From assembly GCA_963777605.1 (NCBI GenBank), contig CAVZRV010000007.1, positions 256,001-320,000 of the forward strand: a stretch of 64,000 nt of DNA. Direction: 5' to 3'. The notes under the pieces are model-generated. The model worked only from the letters and a program-made list of their open reading frames with translations. It was not told where the DNA came from and ran no database searches. Shown piece by piece: positions 8,494 to 21,119 of the stretch; position 1 is the first letter of the stretch; each line of letters starts with the position of its first letter. Source of the stretch: an uncultured Acidobacteriota bacterium (lineage in GTDB: Bacteria > Acidobacteriota > UBA6911 > RPQK01 > JAPXNP01). The position numbers and the translations under genes are program-made.

Positions 8494-9738
8494 TTGAACT
8501 ACGAAGAATGCCTGGCATTTCTGAACCGGCTGGGGAATGAAGTCCTCGCCATGAAATTCGGCCTCGAAACGGTCCGTCGCTTGCTCGAGGCCCTCGGTTC
8601 TCCACACCACCGGTTCAAGTCCGTCCTAATAGCGGGGACGAACGGCAAGGGATCGGTAGCGCGCTACCTGGATGCCATGGCCCGCAAGGCGCATATCCGC
8701 ACCGGCCTGTTCACGTCCCCGCACCTGGTCAACCTGACCGAGAGAATCCGGATCGACGGAACCGAGGTCGAGCGAGCGGAATTCGCTGCTTCCTTCTCCG
8801 AAGTGGTCGATGCTGTTCGACACCTTCAAATGGTGCCCCATCCTACGTTTTTCGAGATGGTCACCGCTACCGGTTTTCTCTGTTTCGCCCGGGCCGGCAT
8901 AGACCTGGCGGTTCTCGAAATTGGAATGGGCGGCCGGTTGGACAGTACCAACGTGGTTGATCCCATGCTCTCGATCATCACCGCCATCGACTTCGACCAC
9001 CAGCAGTACCTGGGCGACACTATCACGCTGATCGCGCGGGAGAAGGCCGGCATAATGCGTCAAGGAAAGCCGGTTCTTTCCAGCCTTCAGGTTCCAGAGG
9101 CAACGTCGGCATTGCTCGAGGCTGCCCGGGAGACCGGTGCCGACCTGCAGTTCTCTGATCCGACCGCCATGGTCCAATCACCGGATCAGAAGGGGCGCTG
9201 GAAATTCAGCGTTGACGGCACCGAGTTCCAGCTCGGGGCGTGCGGCCGAGCCCAGGTAGGAAATGCCTTCCTCGCCATCAACGCCGCACGCGAACTGAGT
9301 CGCCAGGGTTTCGAGATCGGGACCGAGGCGATGCGGGCAGCGCTCCAGGAAACAGAGTCCAGAGCGGTCCTTTGGCGGGTATCGGAGAATCCGACGGTCC
9401 TGATCGATGGGGGCCACAACCCGGGTGCCGCCCGCATCCTTGCTGATTACGTCGGCACATACACGGCACGGCCCCGCACCCTGGTCTTCGGGATGATGAG
9501 GGACAAGGATTTGGGAGCGGTAACCAGCATCCTGGTGCCGCTCTTCGATCGGGTCTTTCTCACCCGCATCGACTCGCCGAGGACCGCCAGCACTGCTCAA
9601 CTTCTCGAAGTCTGCCCGCTCGGTGTGCCGTTCGATTCATCGGCCGAAGCTTACCGCGCCGCACTCGACGGAAGCTCCACGGTTGTGGTCGCAGGCTCGT
9701 TCTTCCTCGCCGGAGAAATCACGCGGCTGCTGGACTGA
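8494..9738 (+). CDS. folC: Bifunctional folylpolyglutamate/dihydrofolate synthase
   Basis: IAGTNGKGS, FTSPHL..ERI, TFFE, EIGMGGRLDSTN, DH..YLG.T...IAREKAGI, DGGHN; follows accD; TTG start. Confidence 0.94.
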   Translation: MNYEECLAFLNRLGNEVLAMKFGLETVRRLLEALGSPHHRFKSVLIAGTNGKGSVARYLDAMARKAHIRTGLFTSPHLVNLTERIRIDGTEVERAEFAASFSEVVDAVRHLQMVPHPTFFEMVTATGFLCFARAGIDLAVLEIGMGGRLDSTNVVDPMLSIITAIDFDHQQYLGDTITLIAREKAGIMRQGKPVLSSLQVPEATSALLEAARETGADLQFSDPTAMVQSPDQKGRWKFSVDGTEFQLGACGRAQVGNAFLAINAARELSRQGFEIGTEAMRAALQETESRAVLWRVSENPTVLIDGGHNPGAARILADYVGTYTARPRTLVFGMMRDKDLGAVTSILVPLFDRVFLTRIDSPRTASTAQLLEVCPLGVPFDSSAEAYRAALDGSSTVVVAGSFFLAGEITRLLD

Positions 9739-9739
9739 A

Positions 9740-9795
<56 letters not shown>

Positions 9796-9880
9796 ATTGT
9801 ACTGTGTCAAATCCTGATTAAAAGTTGACAGTTGGTTTTGAGGTTTCGGGTTTCGGGATAGCCCCGCAAGGACGCCCTAA

Positions 9881-11440
9881 TCACGCTCTCCAGGGACGGT
9901 TGCGGTTGAGATCTTCAGCCATGATCCGGCAGGCCAGATTGACGTCATCGACGATCTGAAAATCGTACATTCCGACGCAGATGAAGTCGGCCCCTGCCTC
10001 GAGTGCATATCGGAATCCGACTTCCGGTTCGATGGCCCCGGCTGCGAGGATCTTGAACCCGATCCAGGGTTCCTCCCTCTCAGCCATGTACTGGATCGTC
10101 TCGTCCGGGTTGGTGCACCAGATGTTGTCGTGCTCCTCTTCGATCTGGGCCGACCAGTAGTTGCAGTGATGGATCGTCTTCACCCAAAAATCGGGCTTCA
10201 GCCCGGCTTCGACACAGGCCTGAACGGTCGCCAACTTGTGCGCGCCGATGCCGGCAGGGAGATTGTTCTGACGAATGAAATCAACCGCCCGGCCGATCTC
10301 ATCGATCTTGCCTTCCTCGTAGAGCTTGTCGGAAATTCCGCCCTGCACGTAGCAGGCGTGGGCGCCTCCGTCGATCGACATCCTGATGCCGGTCATGACG
10401 TCCTGGCCGTAGGCACAGTCCGAAATGAACTGGATCTTGCCGTCCCGCTTCCGCCAGTAGGCGTTGATAACCCGGGCCAGAGCCGGGTTGGTCAGAATCG
10501 TGTTGATGCCACACATCTCGGCGATCCGGAGGGTGTCGAACACCTTCTCATCCGTGTGATAGGACTTGACCAGTTTCGAGACGTAAATCAGATCCCTGGA
10601 ATGGGCCCAGCCGCCGATCAGGTTGCCGCCCAGGAACATCCGGCTCAGCTTCAGATCGCCGATCTGCCCATAGGTCATCTCCTCGGTCAGGTCTTTGAGG
10701 CTCGAGAACTGAAACGTCTTGACGGTCGCGCTCGAGACCGCATCGGTGGATCCGGAAGCCAGGAGATGGGTCTCTTCGTAGCTCTCCCAACCCCGTTTCT
10801 TCATGACTGCAAAGACGAAGCCGCCCATTATCGGAGTCGTTGCGAGCGCTTTCATCAACTGCCGGCGCTCGACCGAGCCCTTTGCCAGCAGTTCGTGCGG
10901 GCGTGGAGTCGAACTGACCGGCTCTGGCCGGGCAAATGCCGTAGCCGCCCTCTGAAACCAGCGTTTCAGGTAGACATCGAGCCCGGCGATCCCGCCGGTT
11001 GGAAGAAGGGCGACCACGCCCAGTGACATGAGCTCTATCATGTTCTTGTCGATCCAGAGGTAGTTCCCTTCCGTGGGCATTCCGGACTGGAACCCGATAA
11101 AAGGCGGATTGGCAATGTAATAGAGCGCGAGGAGGGAAGCGCCGGCGACAGCAGCGAAGCGGGTAAAAGTGCCCAGTATCAACCCCAGGCCGATCAGAGT
11201 GAGGCCCCAGGCGTTGAGGCCGTCAACCAGACCCAGCAGCCAAGGAGTCTGGGCGATGTGATGGAACGTCCCGGCAAAGAGCCACTTGGATTCGGCCAGG
11301 AACGGAGCCGACGTCCAATCCGGGTTCAGCAGTTTGGAGGCTCCTTCATAGAGAAAGTGCCAACCAATGACTACCCGTAATAGGACCAGAATCGTCAACT
11401 GCGCAGGGCCGAGTTGCTTTACTCGCTCATCCAGGTTCAT
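9881..11440 (-). CDS. DoxX-family membrane domain fused to an aldo/keto-reductase-like domain
   Basis: LLRVVIGWHFLYEG..KL and P.EGNYLWIDKN (DoxX); C-terminal LSRMFLGGN, GIGAH, IGFKILAAG, GADFICVGM. Confidence 0.75.
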   Translation of the reverse strand: MNLDERVKQLGPAQLTILVLLRVVIGWHFLYEGASKLLNPDWTSAPFLAESKWLFAGTFHHIAQTPWLLGLVDGLNAWGLTLIGLGLILGTFTRFAAVAGASLLALYYIANPPFIGFQSGMPTEGNYLWIDKNMIELMSLGVVALLPTGGIAGLDVYLKRWFQRAATAFARPEPVSSTPRPHELLAKGSVERRQLMKALATTPIMGGFVFAVMKKRGWESYEETHLLASGSTDAVSSATVKTFQFSSLKDLTEEMTYGQIGDLKLSRMFLGGNLIGGWAHSRDLIYVSKLVKSYHTDEKVFDTLRIAEMCGINTILTNPALARVINAYWRKRDGKIQFISDCAYGQDVMTGIRMSIDGGAHACYVQGGISDKLYEEGKIDEIGRAVDFIRQNNLPAGIGAHKLATVQACVEAGLKPDFWVKTIHHCNYWSAQIEEEHDNIWCTNPDETIQYMAEREEPWIGFKILAAGAIEPEVGFRYALEAGADFICVGMYDFQIVDDVNLACRIMAEDLNRNRPWRA

Positions 11441-11548
11441 TTTCGCCACGTCTCCCTCTGAATCCCTCCGGCCGACGGACGTCCGACGGACATCGGGATA
11501 AGTTTCTGGACCGATTCTAAGGGGCTGCCGAATGAACGGCAACAGAAA

Positions 11549-11616
11549 TCCGCGTGCGGGCCCACGGGCGCACCCGGACCCCGGGGATGTAAAACGAAGG
11601 GTCGGCAACCCGGGGC
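11549..11616. repeat. Two adjacent REP-like hairpins
   Basis: TCCGCGTGCG...CGCACCCGGA and CCCCGGGG (11579-11586)...CCCCGGGG (11609-11616). Confidence 0.4.
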
Positions 11617-11673
11617 CGTGAGGCCAGGCACCGCTGGGAGTCCCAAGCCAGCCCTGCGCCCGAGGCGAATCAT

Positions 11674-11979
11674 TCAGAGCGTGAAACTTGCTGAGAGAGA
11701 TTCAACCGCAAAGGCACCAAGGGCGCGAAGATACCCTGTCACAAAGAGATGGATCGCCGCCAGCCGGCGGCCTTCCTCAACGATCCGGTCCGCCGCGGTC
11801 GCAATTCCTTCGAGGCTGACGGGCCCGTCCACCAACTCGCAGATCTCCCGGGCGACTGATTCAAACGGCCTGCCGGTTTTCGCAACCAGGGAGGGATTCG
11901 TTGTCATGCCGTCGATCACACCCAGGGATAGACCCTCTCGGATTTCTTCGAGATCTGCGGTATCCAGGAACAACTTCAC
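11674..11979 (-). pseudogene. 3'-truncated transaldolase / fructose-6-phosphate aldolase family gene
   Basis: AAGGAGG RBS plus GTG; KLFLDTAD, GMTTNPSL, GPVSLE; homology stops at LAAIH, before the VVK Schiff-base lysine, where a half repeat begins. Confidence 0.85.
11700..11747. repeat. Half copy of the dispersed palindromic repeat
   Basis: ATTCAACCGCAAAGGCACCAAGGGCGCGAAG...ACAAAGA matches the left arm of 8361-8458. Confidence 0.65.
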
Positions 11980-12013
11980 AAGGCCTCCTTCCGAATGCCT
12001 GATCCACCACCGA

Positions 12014-12973
12014 TCAGGGAGCACCCTGAGCCGACACTTCCGGAGATTTTGCGCTTTCGTTGCCGGACCGGTCCAGGGCGCTGACTGCGTAATAGTTCAT
12101 GACTCCGGGCAGCGGATGCTCGTCAAAGAAGCGGTTCACCTTGATCGACTCCGTAAGCGGTTCAAAAGCACCCGCCGCGGACCTGCGATATACACGGTAT
12201 CCGGAAAAATCGCTGCTATCGACGGGATCCCAAATCAATTGAACTCCGCCCGACACGGATACTGCCTGCAGGCTCTGAGGAACGGGAGGCGAGAAAACGT
12301 CCTTCGGGACAAAGGTCAGCGGAATCGACGGCCCGCTGATGATCAGGGGGCGCTGCAGGCGGGACACGGCCTGCACGACCACGGTGTATTCCTTCCCGAA
12401 TTCAAAATCCTGCCTCACGAGCTGTTTATCGGGGACAAACTGGCTGAAATCGACCAGGTAGCCCACCACGGGAACTTGCGGGGAAGGCGGGGAATCCCAG
12501 GTTACCACCAGTCGATCCTCCTCTACGTCCACCTTCAGATCCACCGGCGCCGGAGGGGAGGGTCCAGGCTCGGTTGTCACCGAATTGGAAAAATCCGAGA
12601 GGTGCCCCTTCAGACTTCGGAAGCGCACGGCAAAGGTGCAGGGCTCGTCCAACCGGGGATCTGCGACCGGGTAGATCAGGCGGGTCCCGGCCGGGCTCAG
12701 CGTGAGCGTCGCCACTTCCTTGGTGTCGATCACTTCCAATTCCGCGTCAGGCGCCGGATCGCACTTCTGATAGAAGACGACGGATCGGACCGATCTCGGG
12801 GGAGGTGGTATCAGGAGAAAGAGCTCGCTGCCACCCTGCTGAACGACTTCCAACTCAGTAGCAGCCATCGGCGTATCCACGATTGGGGGCAGCGGGTCTC
12901 CCACTTTGGCACAGCCCATGGCCGGCACCAGGCTCATCAAAAGCAAGTAACGGCACAACCGCGGAGAATTCAT
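12014..12973 (-). CDS. Lipoprotein with fibronectin type III domains
   Basis: Lipobox PAMGC followed by AKVGDPLPP; P.P..L....V.L.W...GYRVYR...YAVSALD.SGNES. Confidence 0.75.
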   Translation of the reverse strand: MNSPRLCRYLLLMSLVPAMGCAKVGDPLPPIVDTPMAATELEVVQQGGSELFLLIPPPPRSVRSVVFYQKCDPAPDAELEVIDTKEVATLTLSPAGTRLIYPVADPRLDEPCTFAVRFRSLKGHLSDFSNSVTTEPGPSPPAPVDLKVDVEEDRLVVTWDSPPSPQVPVVGYLVDFSQFVPDKQLVRQDFEFGKEYTVVVQAVSRLQRPLIISGPSIPLTFVPKDVFSPPVPQSLQAVSVSGGVQLIWDPVDSSDFSGYRVYRRSAAGAFEPLTESIKVNRFFDEHPLPGVMNYYAVSALDRSGNESAKSPEVSAQGAP

Positions 12974-14370
12974 CAGAGGATGTAGCGAGAGAGATCCAGA
13001 TCCTTGACCTTCGAAGAGAGCCGTTCCCGCACGTAGGCACGGTCGATCCGTATACGCTGATCTTTGAGTTCGGGACCCTCGAAGGAAACATCTTCCAGAA
13101 GGGTCTCCATCATGGTGTGCAGCCTCCGTGCCCCAATGTTTTCAGTGGTTTCGTTCACGACCCAGGCAAGGTGAGCGATCTCGTCGATGGCCTCCTCTTC
13201 GAACTCCAGTTCAACTCCTTCAGTAGCCATTAAGGCCGTGTATTGGCGGGTCAAGGCATTTTTCGGCCGACTCAGGATCGCCCTGAAGTCCTCTTCCGTG
13301 AGCGGTTCCATTTCCACCCGGATCGGGAACCGTCCCTGCAGTTCCGGGATGAGATCAGACGGTCTCGCCACGTGAAAAGCCCCGGCGGCAATGAAAAGGA
13401 TGTGGTCAGTGCGAACCATCCCGAGACGGGTGCTCACCGAAGTCCCTTCCACAATCGGAAGAATGTCCCGCTGCACGCCCTCACGGCTGACTTCAGGGCC
13501 GAATTTCGACTCGCGGCCCGCAATCTTGTCCAGTTCGTCCACGAACACGATACCCGAAGTCTCAAGGCGATCGAGCGCTTCGCGGGTGACTTGATCCATG
13601 TCGATCAGCTTGTTCTCTTCTTCAACAATGAGGTACTCGAAAGCCTCCTCGACGCGCATCTTCTTCTTGGTAGTACGGGAACCGGCCAAGGCGGAAAGAA
13701 TGTCACGCAAGGGAAGGTCGGATTCTTCTTCCAGGTAGTCAGACGACCAGTCCGACGAGGAGACAAATCGCTCCTGGACTTCCAGTTCCACGACCTGGTC
13801 ATCGAGCTTGCCCTCACTCAACTCTTTCAGCAAACGGGCCCGTGTCCTCCTGGTCTCCTTCACCTTGGGTGCCGGTGCTTCCGCGGTTTTGGTTTTTCGG
13901 CGCCGCTTCTGGGGCCGATTGAGAATGTCAAGAAGGCGGTTCTGGGCGTTCTCCTCGGCCAGCTTCTCGACCTGCCCGACCTTCTCCTGGCGAACGATGT
14001 CCACGGCGATGTCGGCGAGGTCTCTGACGATCGATTCGACATCTCTCCCGACATATCCCACCTCGGTGAACTTGCTCGCTTCTACCTTGATGAACGGAGA
14101 GTTGGAAAGGCGGGCCAGTCTGCGCGCCACCTCGGTCTTGCCCACACCGGTCGGGCCGATCAGGATGATGTTTCGGGGCTGGACTTCGTCGAGCAGGTCC
14201 TCGGGCAGCCTCTGGCGACGAATCCGGTCGCGCAGAGCTACTGCAAGGGCCCGCTTGGCCTTGTTCTGACCGATGATGTACTTGTCCAGTTCTTCGACAA
14301 TCTGACGGGGTGAGAGGCTGTCTAGCCCGCCAGCCGTCGCTGGTGTCTCTTCCGACTTGGCTGTGTTCAT
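12973..14370 (-). CDS. hslU: ATP-dependent protease ATPase subunit HslU
   Basis: IIGQ..AK, GPTGVGKTE, EASKFTEVGYVG, GVQRDILP, PELQGRFPIRV, C-terminal DLSRYIL. Confidence 0.96.
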   Translation of the reverse strand: MNTAKSEETPATAGGLDSLSPRQIVEELDKYIIGQNKAKRALAVALRDRIRRQRLPEDLLDEVQPRNIILIGPTGVGKTEVARRLARLSNSPFIKVEASKFTEVGYVGRDVESIVRDLADIAVDIVRQEKVGQVEKLAEENAQNRLLDILNRPQKRRRKTKTAEAPAPKVKETRRTRARLLKELSEGKLDDQVVELEVQERFVSSSDWSSDYLEEESDLPLRDILSALAGSRTTKKKMRVEEAFEYLIVEEENKLIDMDQVTREALDRLETSGIVFVDELDKIAGRESKFGPEVSREGVQRDILPIVEGTSVSTRLGMVRTDHILFIAAGAFHVARPSDLIPELQGRFPIRVEMEPLTEEDFRAILSRPKNALTRQYTALMATEGVELEFEEEAIDEIAHLAWVVNETTENIGARRLHTMMETLLEDVSFEGPELKDQRIRIDRAYVRERLSSKVKDLDLSRYIL

Positions 14371-14377
14371 GGCTGTA

Positions 14378-14911
14378 TCAAAGGGTTTCAAGAAGGATGT
14401 TGGAGTTCGTGAATACACAGATCTCGCTCGCGATCTTAAGGGCCTCCTCAGCGATCACGGGAGCCGGTTTCCGGGTAAAGCGCATCAACGCGCGTGCCGC
14501 GGCAAGCGCATAGGGGCCGCCGCTGCCGACCGCGATGAGTCCGTCATCCGGTTCAATCACGTCTCCATCTCCAGAGATAAAAAACGAATTGTCGCGGTCG
14601 GCTACAATCAAGACCGCATCGAGGTGGCGCAACGCACGGTCGGTTCGCCATTCCCGCGCCAACTCCACCGAAGACCGGCGCAGATTTCCGCGAAATTCCT
14701 CCAGCTTCGTCTCGAAACGCGAGAAGAGCGAGAACGCATCCGCCGTGGATCCCGCAAAACCGGCCAAAATTCGATCATCGTGAAGCCGGCGTATTTTGCG
14801 GGCGGTACGCTTAATGACGGTATCCCCGAGGGTGACCTGGCCGTCGGCGGCCATTGCAACCTGTGATCCCCGCCTCACCAACAGAACGGTCGTACCACGG
14901 ATTTGTCTCAT
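14378..14911 (-). CDS. hslV: ATP-dependent protease subunit HslV
   Basis: [41 protein letters not shown]. Confidence 0.96.
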   Translation of the reverse strand: MRQIRGTTVLLVRRGSQVAMAADGQVTLGDTVIKRTARKIRRLHDDRILAGFAGSTADAFSLFSRFETKLEEFRGNLRRSSVELAREWRTDRALRHLDAVLIVADRDNSFFISGDGDVIEPDDGLIAVGSGGPYALAAARALMRFTRKPAPVIAEEALKIASEICVFTNSNILLETL

Positions 14912-14920
14912 GTCCGAAGC

Positions 14921-14950
14921 AGTATAATATGCGCTCTTCCGGCCCCGCAA
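14921..14950 (-). promoter_or_regulatory. Putative sigma70 promoter for hslV
   Basis: Minus strand TTGCGG-N18-TATACT, then ATG 9 nt downstream. Confidence 0.45.
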
Positions 14951-14986
14951 AATCGAATCGTGGTTCCCCGGGTGCGGATGGTTCTC

Positions 14987-15903
14987 TCAGCGAGACGCTT
15001 GCGCGCTCGATGACGGGAGCGTCGAATCCGCTGCGGGCCCCGGAGTTTCGCCGGGCGCCTCCGCCGTCTCGCCGCGAATCTTGTGAATTTCAGAATCGAT
15101 TTCCCCTCCCAGCAGCAGGAAGAACGAGCTAATGTAGAACCAGGCCAGCAGTGCGATCAGCGCGCTCAGGGACCCCCACAGGATCTGCAGGTCCGCAAAC
15201 CGGTTTACCCAGAATCGAAAAAGTGCGGAACCGACCACCCAGCCGGTGGTGGCCAGAAATCCGCCGGGAGATAGCAACGTCCAGGGAAACCGATGAGCAG
15301 GAAGAAAGTGGTAAACGATCTGGACACCAAAATTCAGGAACAGCAGGATCAAGAGCCAGCGAGAGGATGTGTAGAGCGTGTTCCACAACATATTCTTGAC
15401 CAGCGTGTCGATGGCCCAATCGCCAAAGAAGAGCAGAACCCCGGCGACGATCAGGAAAATCGAAAACACAACGGTGACCAGGATGGCCACGAGTCGGGTT
15501 TCGAAGTAAGACCTCGTCTCCCGTACCTGGTACGCCTTGTTGAGCAGGCTGATCATGCCGTTGAAAGCCGATGAGGCAAACCAGAGGGCGGCCACGAGAC
15601 CGAAGGTCAAGGCTCCCTGGGCGCGGGAGTAAATCACCCTCTCGATCACCCTGGTCACAAGTTGGACCGACGCCTCGGGAAGGAAGTTGGAAAAATCCAC
15701 AAGCATGAGGCCGATCAGGTCGGGAAGGTAGGGGATAAACCCGATCAGTGCGCTCAAGAAGATCAGAAACGGGACGAACGCAAGCAGAAAGTAGTAACTG
15801 AGTTGCGCCGCCATTCCCCAGCAGTCGTCATCGTTCACCTCACGCCAGATTCGAACCCAGAATCGGCCCTCTGACAAATAACGAAATGCGGGGAAATCGA
15901 TTG

Positions 15904-15907
<4 letters not shown>
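14987..15907 (-). CDS. YihY/BrkB family membrane protein
   Basis: AAQLSYYFLLAFVPFL, LNKAY...E.R, PG...A...W, WGSL...I.LL.WFY....LLGGEI. Confidence 0.88.
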
Positions 15908-18259
<2,352 letters not shown>

Positions 18260-18826
18260 ATGAAGCTGGAAGAACGTCTCCGACCTGCACCGAAGGCACG
18301 GTTTTTCTTTGCCATCACCCACGCCGGCGACGCTGTTCACCAGGGTGTTCACGTGCGCCTCAGCGAGGAATTCGGCCCCCTCGGAAAGCCGAGCCCCATT
18401 TTCAAATTCAGCCATTTCAGTCCCTACTATGACGAGGAACTGGGAGGGGAAGCCTGGAAGTACTTCGTGGCAGCCCCCGGATTAATGAGCGCCGACGAAC
18501 TGGTTCGAGTCAAGCAGGCCACGGAACGCCTTCAGCTGGAGTTCGCCGTAAACCGGGGCGGAGAACGCGTTCGCACGGTCAACATCGATCCGGGGTACGT
18601 CAACGGCTGGCAGGTCGTCCTGGCCACAGTGAAGAACCACAGCCACCGGATCTACTTGAGAGACGGCGTCTTCTGTGAAGTGACCCTGCGCTACAAAGGT
18701 GGCCGATGGGAACCGCTTCCCTGGACCTATCCGGATTACACGACCGAACTTGCCCTCCGGTTTTTCGACGAAGAACGACGTGAGTTCAACACGCTTCCCG
18801 GGTCAATGATCCGAACCAACCGGTGA
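18260..18826 (+). CDS. DUF4416 family protein
   Basis: YYDEELG, RTVNIDPGY, LAT.KN.SHRIYL, W..LPWTYPDY. Confidence 0.8.
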   Translation: MKLEERLRPAPKARFFFAITHAGDAVHQGVHVRLSEEFGPLGKPSPIFKFSHFSPYYDEELGGEAWKYFVAAPGLMSADELVRVKQATERLQLEFAVNRGGERVRTVNIDPGYVNGWQVVLATVKNHSHRIYLRDGVFCEVTLRYKGGRWEPLPWTYPDYTTELALRFFDEERREFNTLPGSMIRTNR

Positions 18827-18873
18827 TTTTGTCGTATTAGAAAGAACAGGCACTGACCAGAATTGCCAGGACA

Positions 18874-18900
18874 TGTAACGGGTCTTCGTGGAAATTCGTC
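18874..18900 (+). promoter_or_regulatory. Possible ECF-sigma promoter
   Basis: TGTAAC-N17-CGTC upstream of the PP2C gene. Confidence 0.3.
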
Positions 18901-18940
18901 GATCACGTAACTCTGAACGGCGACTCAAGAGGAACAACCG

Positions 18941-21016
18941 ATGCGATTACGTTCGAAGCTCATCCTCGCATTTTTCCTTCTGGCGGTCGTCCCGCTGGCC
19001 GGGCTGACCACCTACTCCTATTACTCCTCACTGGAGGCGTACCGAAGCGCCGTCCGTGAGCAGACCCGGCAACTGGCCGACCAGATGGGATTCCGAATCG
19101 AAACCGTACGTCACGACGTCGGCCGGCGGATTCGAAACCTGGGGCCCCAAGAATTCTACTCCCTGGTCGCTGCAGACCCCAAGCAGCTCGACCCTGAAAC
19201 GTATTCCAGGATCTTTTCGCAACTCGAGGACGTGGCCGTGATGCTGGAGGACATCCAGCTCGATCCGAAGATGCCGGATGCAGCACCCCTGTCCCCCGGC
19301 GCCACCGGGATCACGCCGGTGCCTCCGGAACCCCCACAGCCTCCCCCTTCCGTTCTGATCCGCATGCCTGAAGGACCTGTAACCACGGACGCGATGCCCG
19401 CCGACGGCGAAGAGGTCATGCACTCGATCGACCTTCCGGGAAAGGGAAAGGTCATCGTTCGACGTCCTCCCCCATTCAAGGGATCTCAACCGCCGGACCG
19501 GGGCGAACACAATTGGCAACGGCGCCAGGAAATTGAGATGCATTGGCCGGAAGCAAAGCTGAAGGAACTCGAATCCAAGGCCCGGAGCTGGGAGTTAGAG
19601 GCACTGAACCTGAGCAAGGCGCCTTCGGAGGCCGCGACAAACGCGGTCAGCGTCTCGAACGAGGATTCGACAACTTCATCCCCGGACAAGCGAGTCGCCT
19701 GCCTTGACCTGACGTCGCAGATCAGCATGAAAGGGTCCTATAAGACGACAGTCGTTGCGCGAATCAACGCAAAGCGCCTGCTCGGTTCGGTCCTCGGACG
19801 GACCGAGCGCATGCGGGGAGAAATTCCGTTCGCGGTGGATCCGGAAGGACGGCTCTACACCGCCCAACGGCAGGATCGCACGGCCCTCAAACAACTTGTC
19901 GCCACCTGGTCCGACCTGGCCAAGGCACAGGGCATCCCTTCTGATTGGATTGTCTCATCGCGGAACGATCCTGAAACCGGGATGGTGTTTGGGATTGCAA
20001 AGCCGATCGGCGAAGGGTTGACAGAGATCCGCCAGGCGGCCGCACGGAACCTTGGATACGGCCTGGCGCTGGTAGGCATCGCCCTGATCGGAATCTTGCC
20101 GCTGTCCCGGAGGATGACCAGGAACCTGACCGTACTGACCGAAGGCGTCGAACGCCTGGGCGAAGGAGACCACTCTGTCCGCGTCCCCGTTCGATCTCGT
20201 GATGAACTGGGGCGCCTGAGTGCCGCCTTCAACCGCATGGCTGGTCACCTGCGCGAGAACCAGGAACGCAAGATCGAGCAGGAGCGGATGCGGAACGAGC
20301 TCGAAATGTGTCGCCAGATCCAGCGTGAAATGCTTCCCCGCAACCCGCTCTGCCTCCCGTTTGCCGAGGTACAGGGAGTGTCGATTCCCGCTCGTGAAGT
20401 CGGCGGGGACTTCTTCAACTACTTTTCGCTTGCCGACGGCAAGGTCGCACTGCTGATCGGTGACGTCTCTGGAAAGGGAGTCCCGGCCGCGCTTCTCATG
20501 GCCAACATCCAGGCGACCCTGCGAGCCCGGCTCACGTCTGGCGGCGATCTGGTCGGACTGGTTGCACAGCTGGACCGCGAGATTGCCGAAAGCACTCCGG
20601 CGGCGACCTACCTGACTCTCTTCGTCGCTGTCCTCGACGAATCGGGCTCGACCTTGCGTTGGGTCAACGCCGGCCACAACACTCAGTACGTGGTCCGCAA
20701 GGAGGGTGCCATCGAGCCGATGGCATCCTCCGGCCGACCGGTCGGCCTGCTGCCCGGCAGCACTTGCTGTGAAGGGGTTTTGACGCTCCACAGCGGTGAT
20801 GCGATCTTCCTCTACACCGACGGTCTGGTCGAAGCTGAAAACGAACTGGATGAGGAATTCGGATACGATCGCCTCGAAAGTCTCCTCAAAACGGCCCATC
20901 GGCCGGAGGCTTCCGAGTTTCTGGCCAGAATCGAAGAGGAAGTCCGGCTTCACAGGGGGAATTGCGAGACACAGGACGACGCCACCATGCTGATGCTGAA
21001 TACCCCGATCGTGTAG
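18941..21016 (+). CDS. Membrane sensor with HAMP and PP2C/SpoIIE (RsbU-like) phosphatase domains
   Basis: Two TM helices; HAMP (DELG.L..AFN.M); VGGDFF, IGDVSGKG, NAGH, YTDG..E, DDAT. Confidence 0.9.
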   Translation: MRLRSKLILAFFLLAVVPLAGLTTYSYYSSLEAYRSAVREQTRQLADQMGFRIETVRHDVGRRIRNLGPQEFYSLVAADPKQLDPETYSRIFSQLEDVAVMLEDIQLDPKMPDAAPLSPGATGITPVPPEPPQPPPSVLIRMPEGPVTTDAMPADGEEVMHSIDLPGKGKVIVRRPPPFKGSQPPDRGEHNWQRRQEIEMHWPEAKLKELESKARSWELEALNLSKAPSEAATNAVSVSNEDSTTSSPDKRVACLDLTSQISMKGSYKTTVVARINAKRLLGSVLGRTERMRGEIPFAVDPEGRLYTAQRQDRTALKQLVATWSDLAKAQGIPSDWIVSSRNDPETGMVFGIAKPIGEGLTEIRQAAARNLGYGLALVGIALIGILPLSRRMTRNLTVLTEGVERLGEGDHSVRVPVRSRDELGRLSAAFNRMAGHLRENQERKIEQERMRNELEMCRQIQREMLPRNPLCLPFAEVQGVSIPAREVGGDFFNYFSLADGKVALLIGDVSGKGVPAALLMANIQATLRARLTSGGDLVGLVAQLDREIAESTPAATYLTLFVAVLDESGSTLRWVNAGHNTQYVVRKEGAIEPMASSGRPVGLLPGSTCCEGVLTLHSGDAIFLYTDGLVEAENELDEEFGYDRLESLLKTAHRPEASEFLARIEEEVRLHRGNCETQDDATMLMLNTPIV

Positions 21017-21119
21017 GGGGCGCATCTCCGGGCGGATAGATCGTTTCGGCGACCTCCGGGATCTTGATTCGTCTTCCGGCCGGGAACTGGGGTAAAATGC
21101 CTGCATTGCGTCAGTAGGC

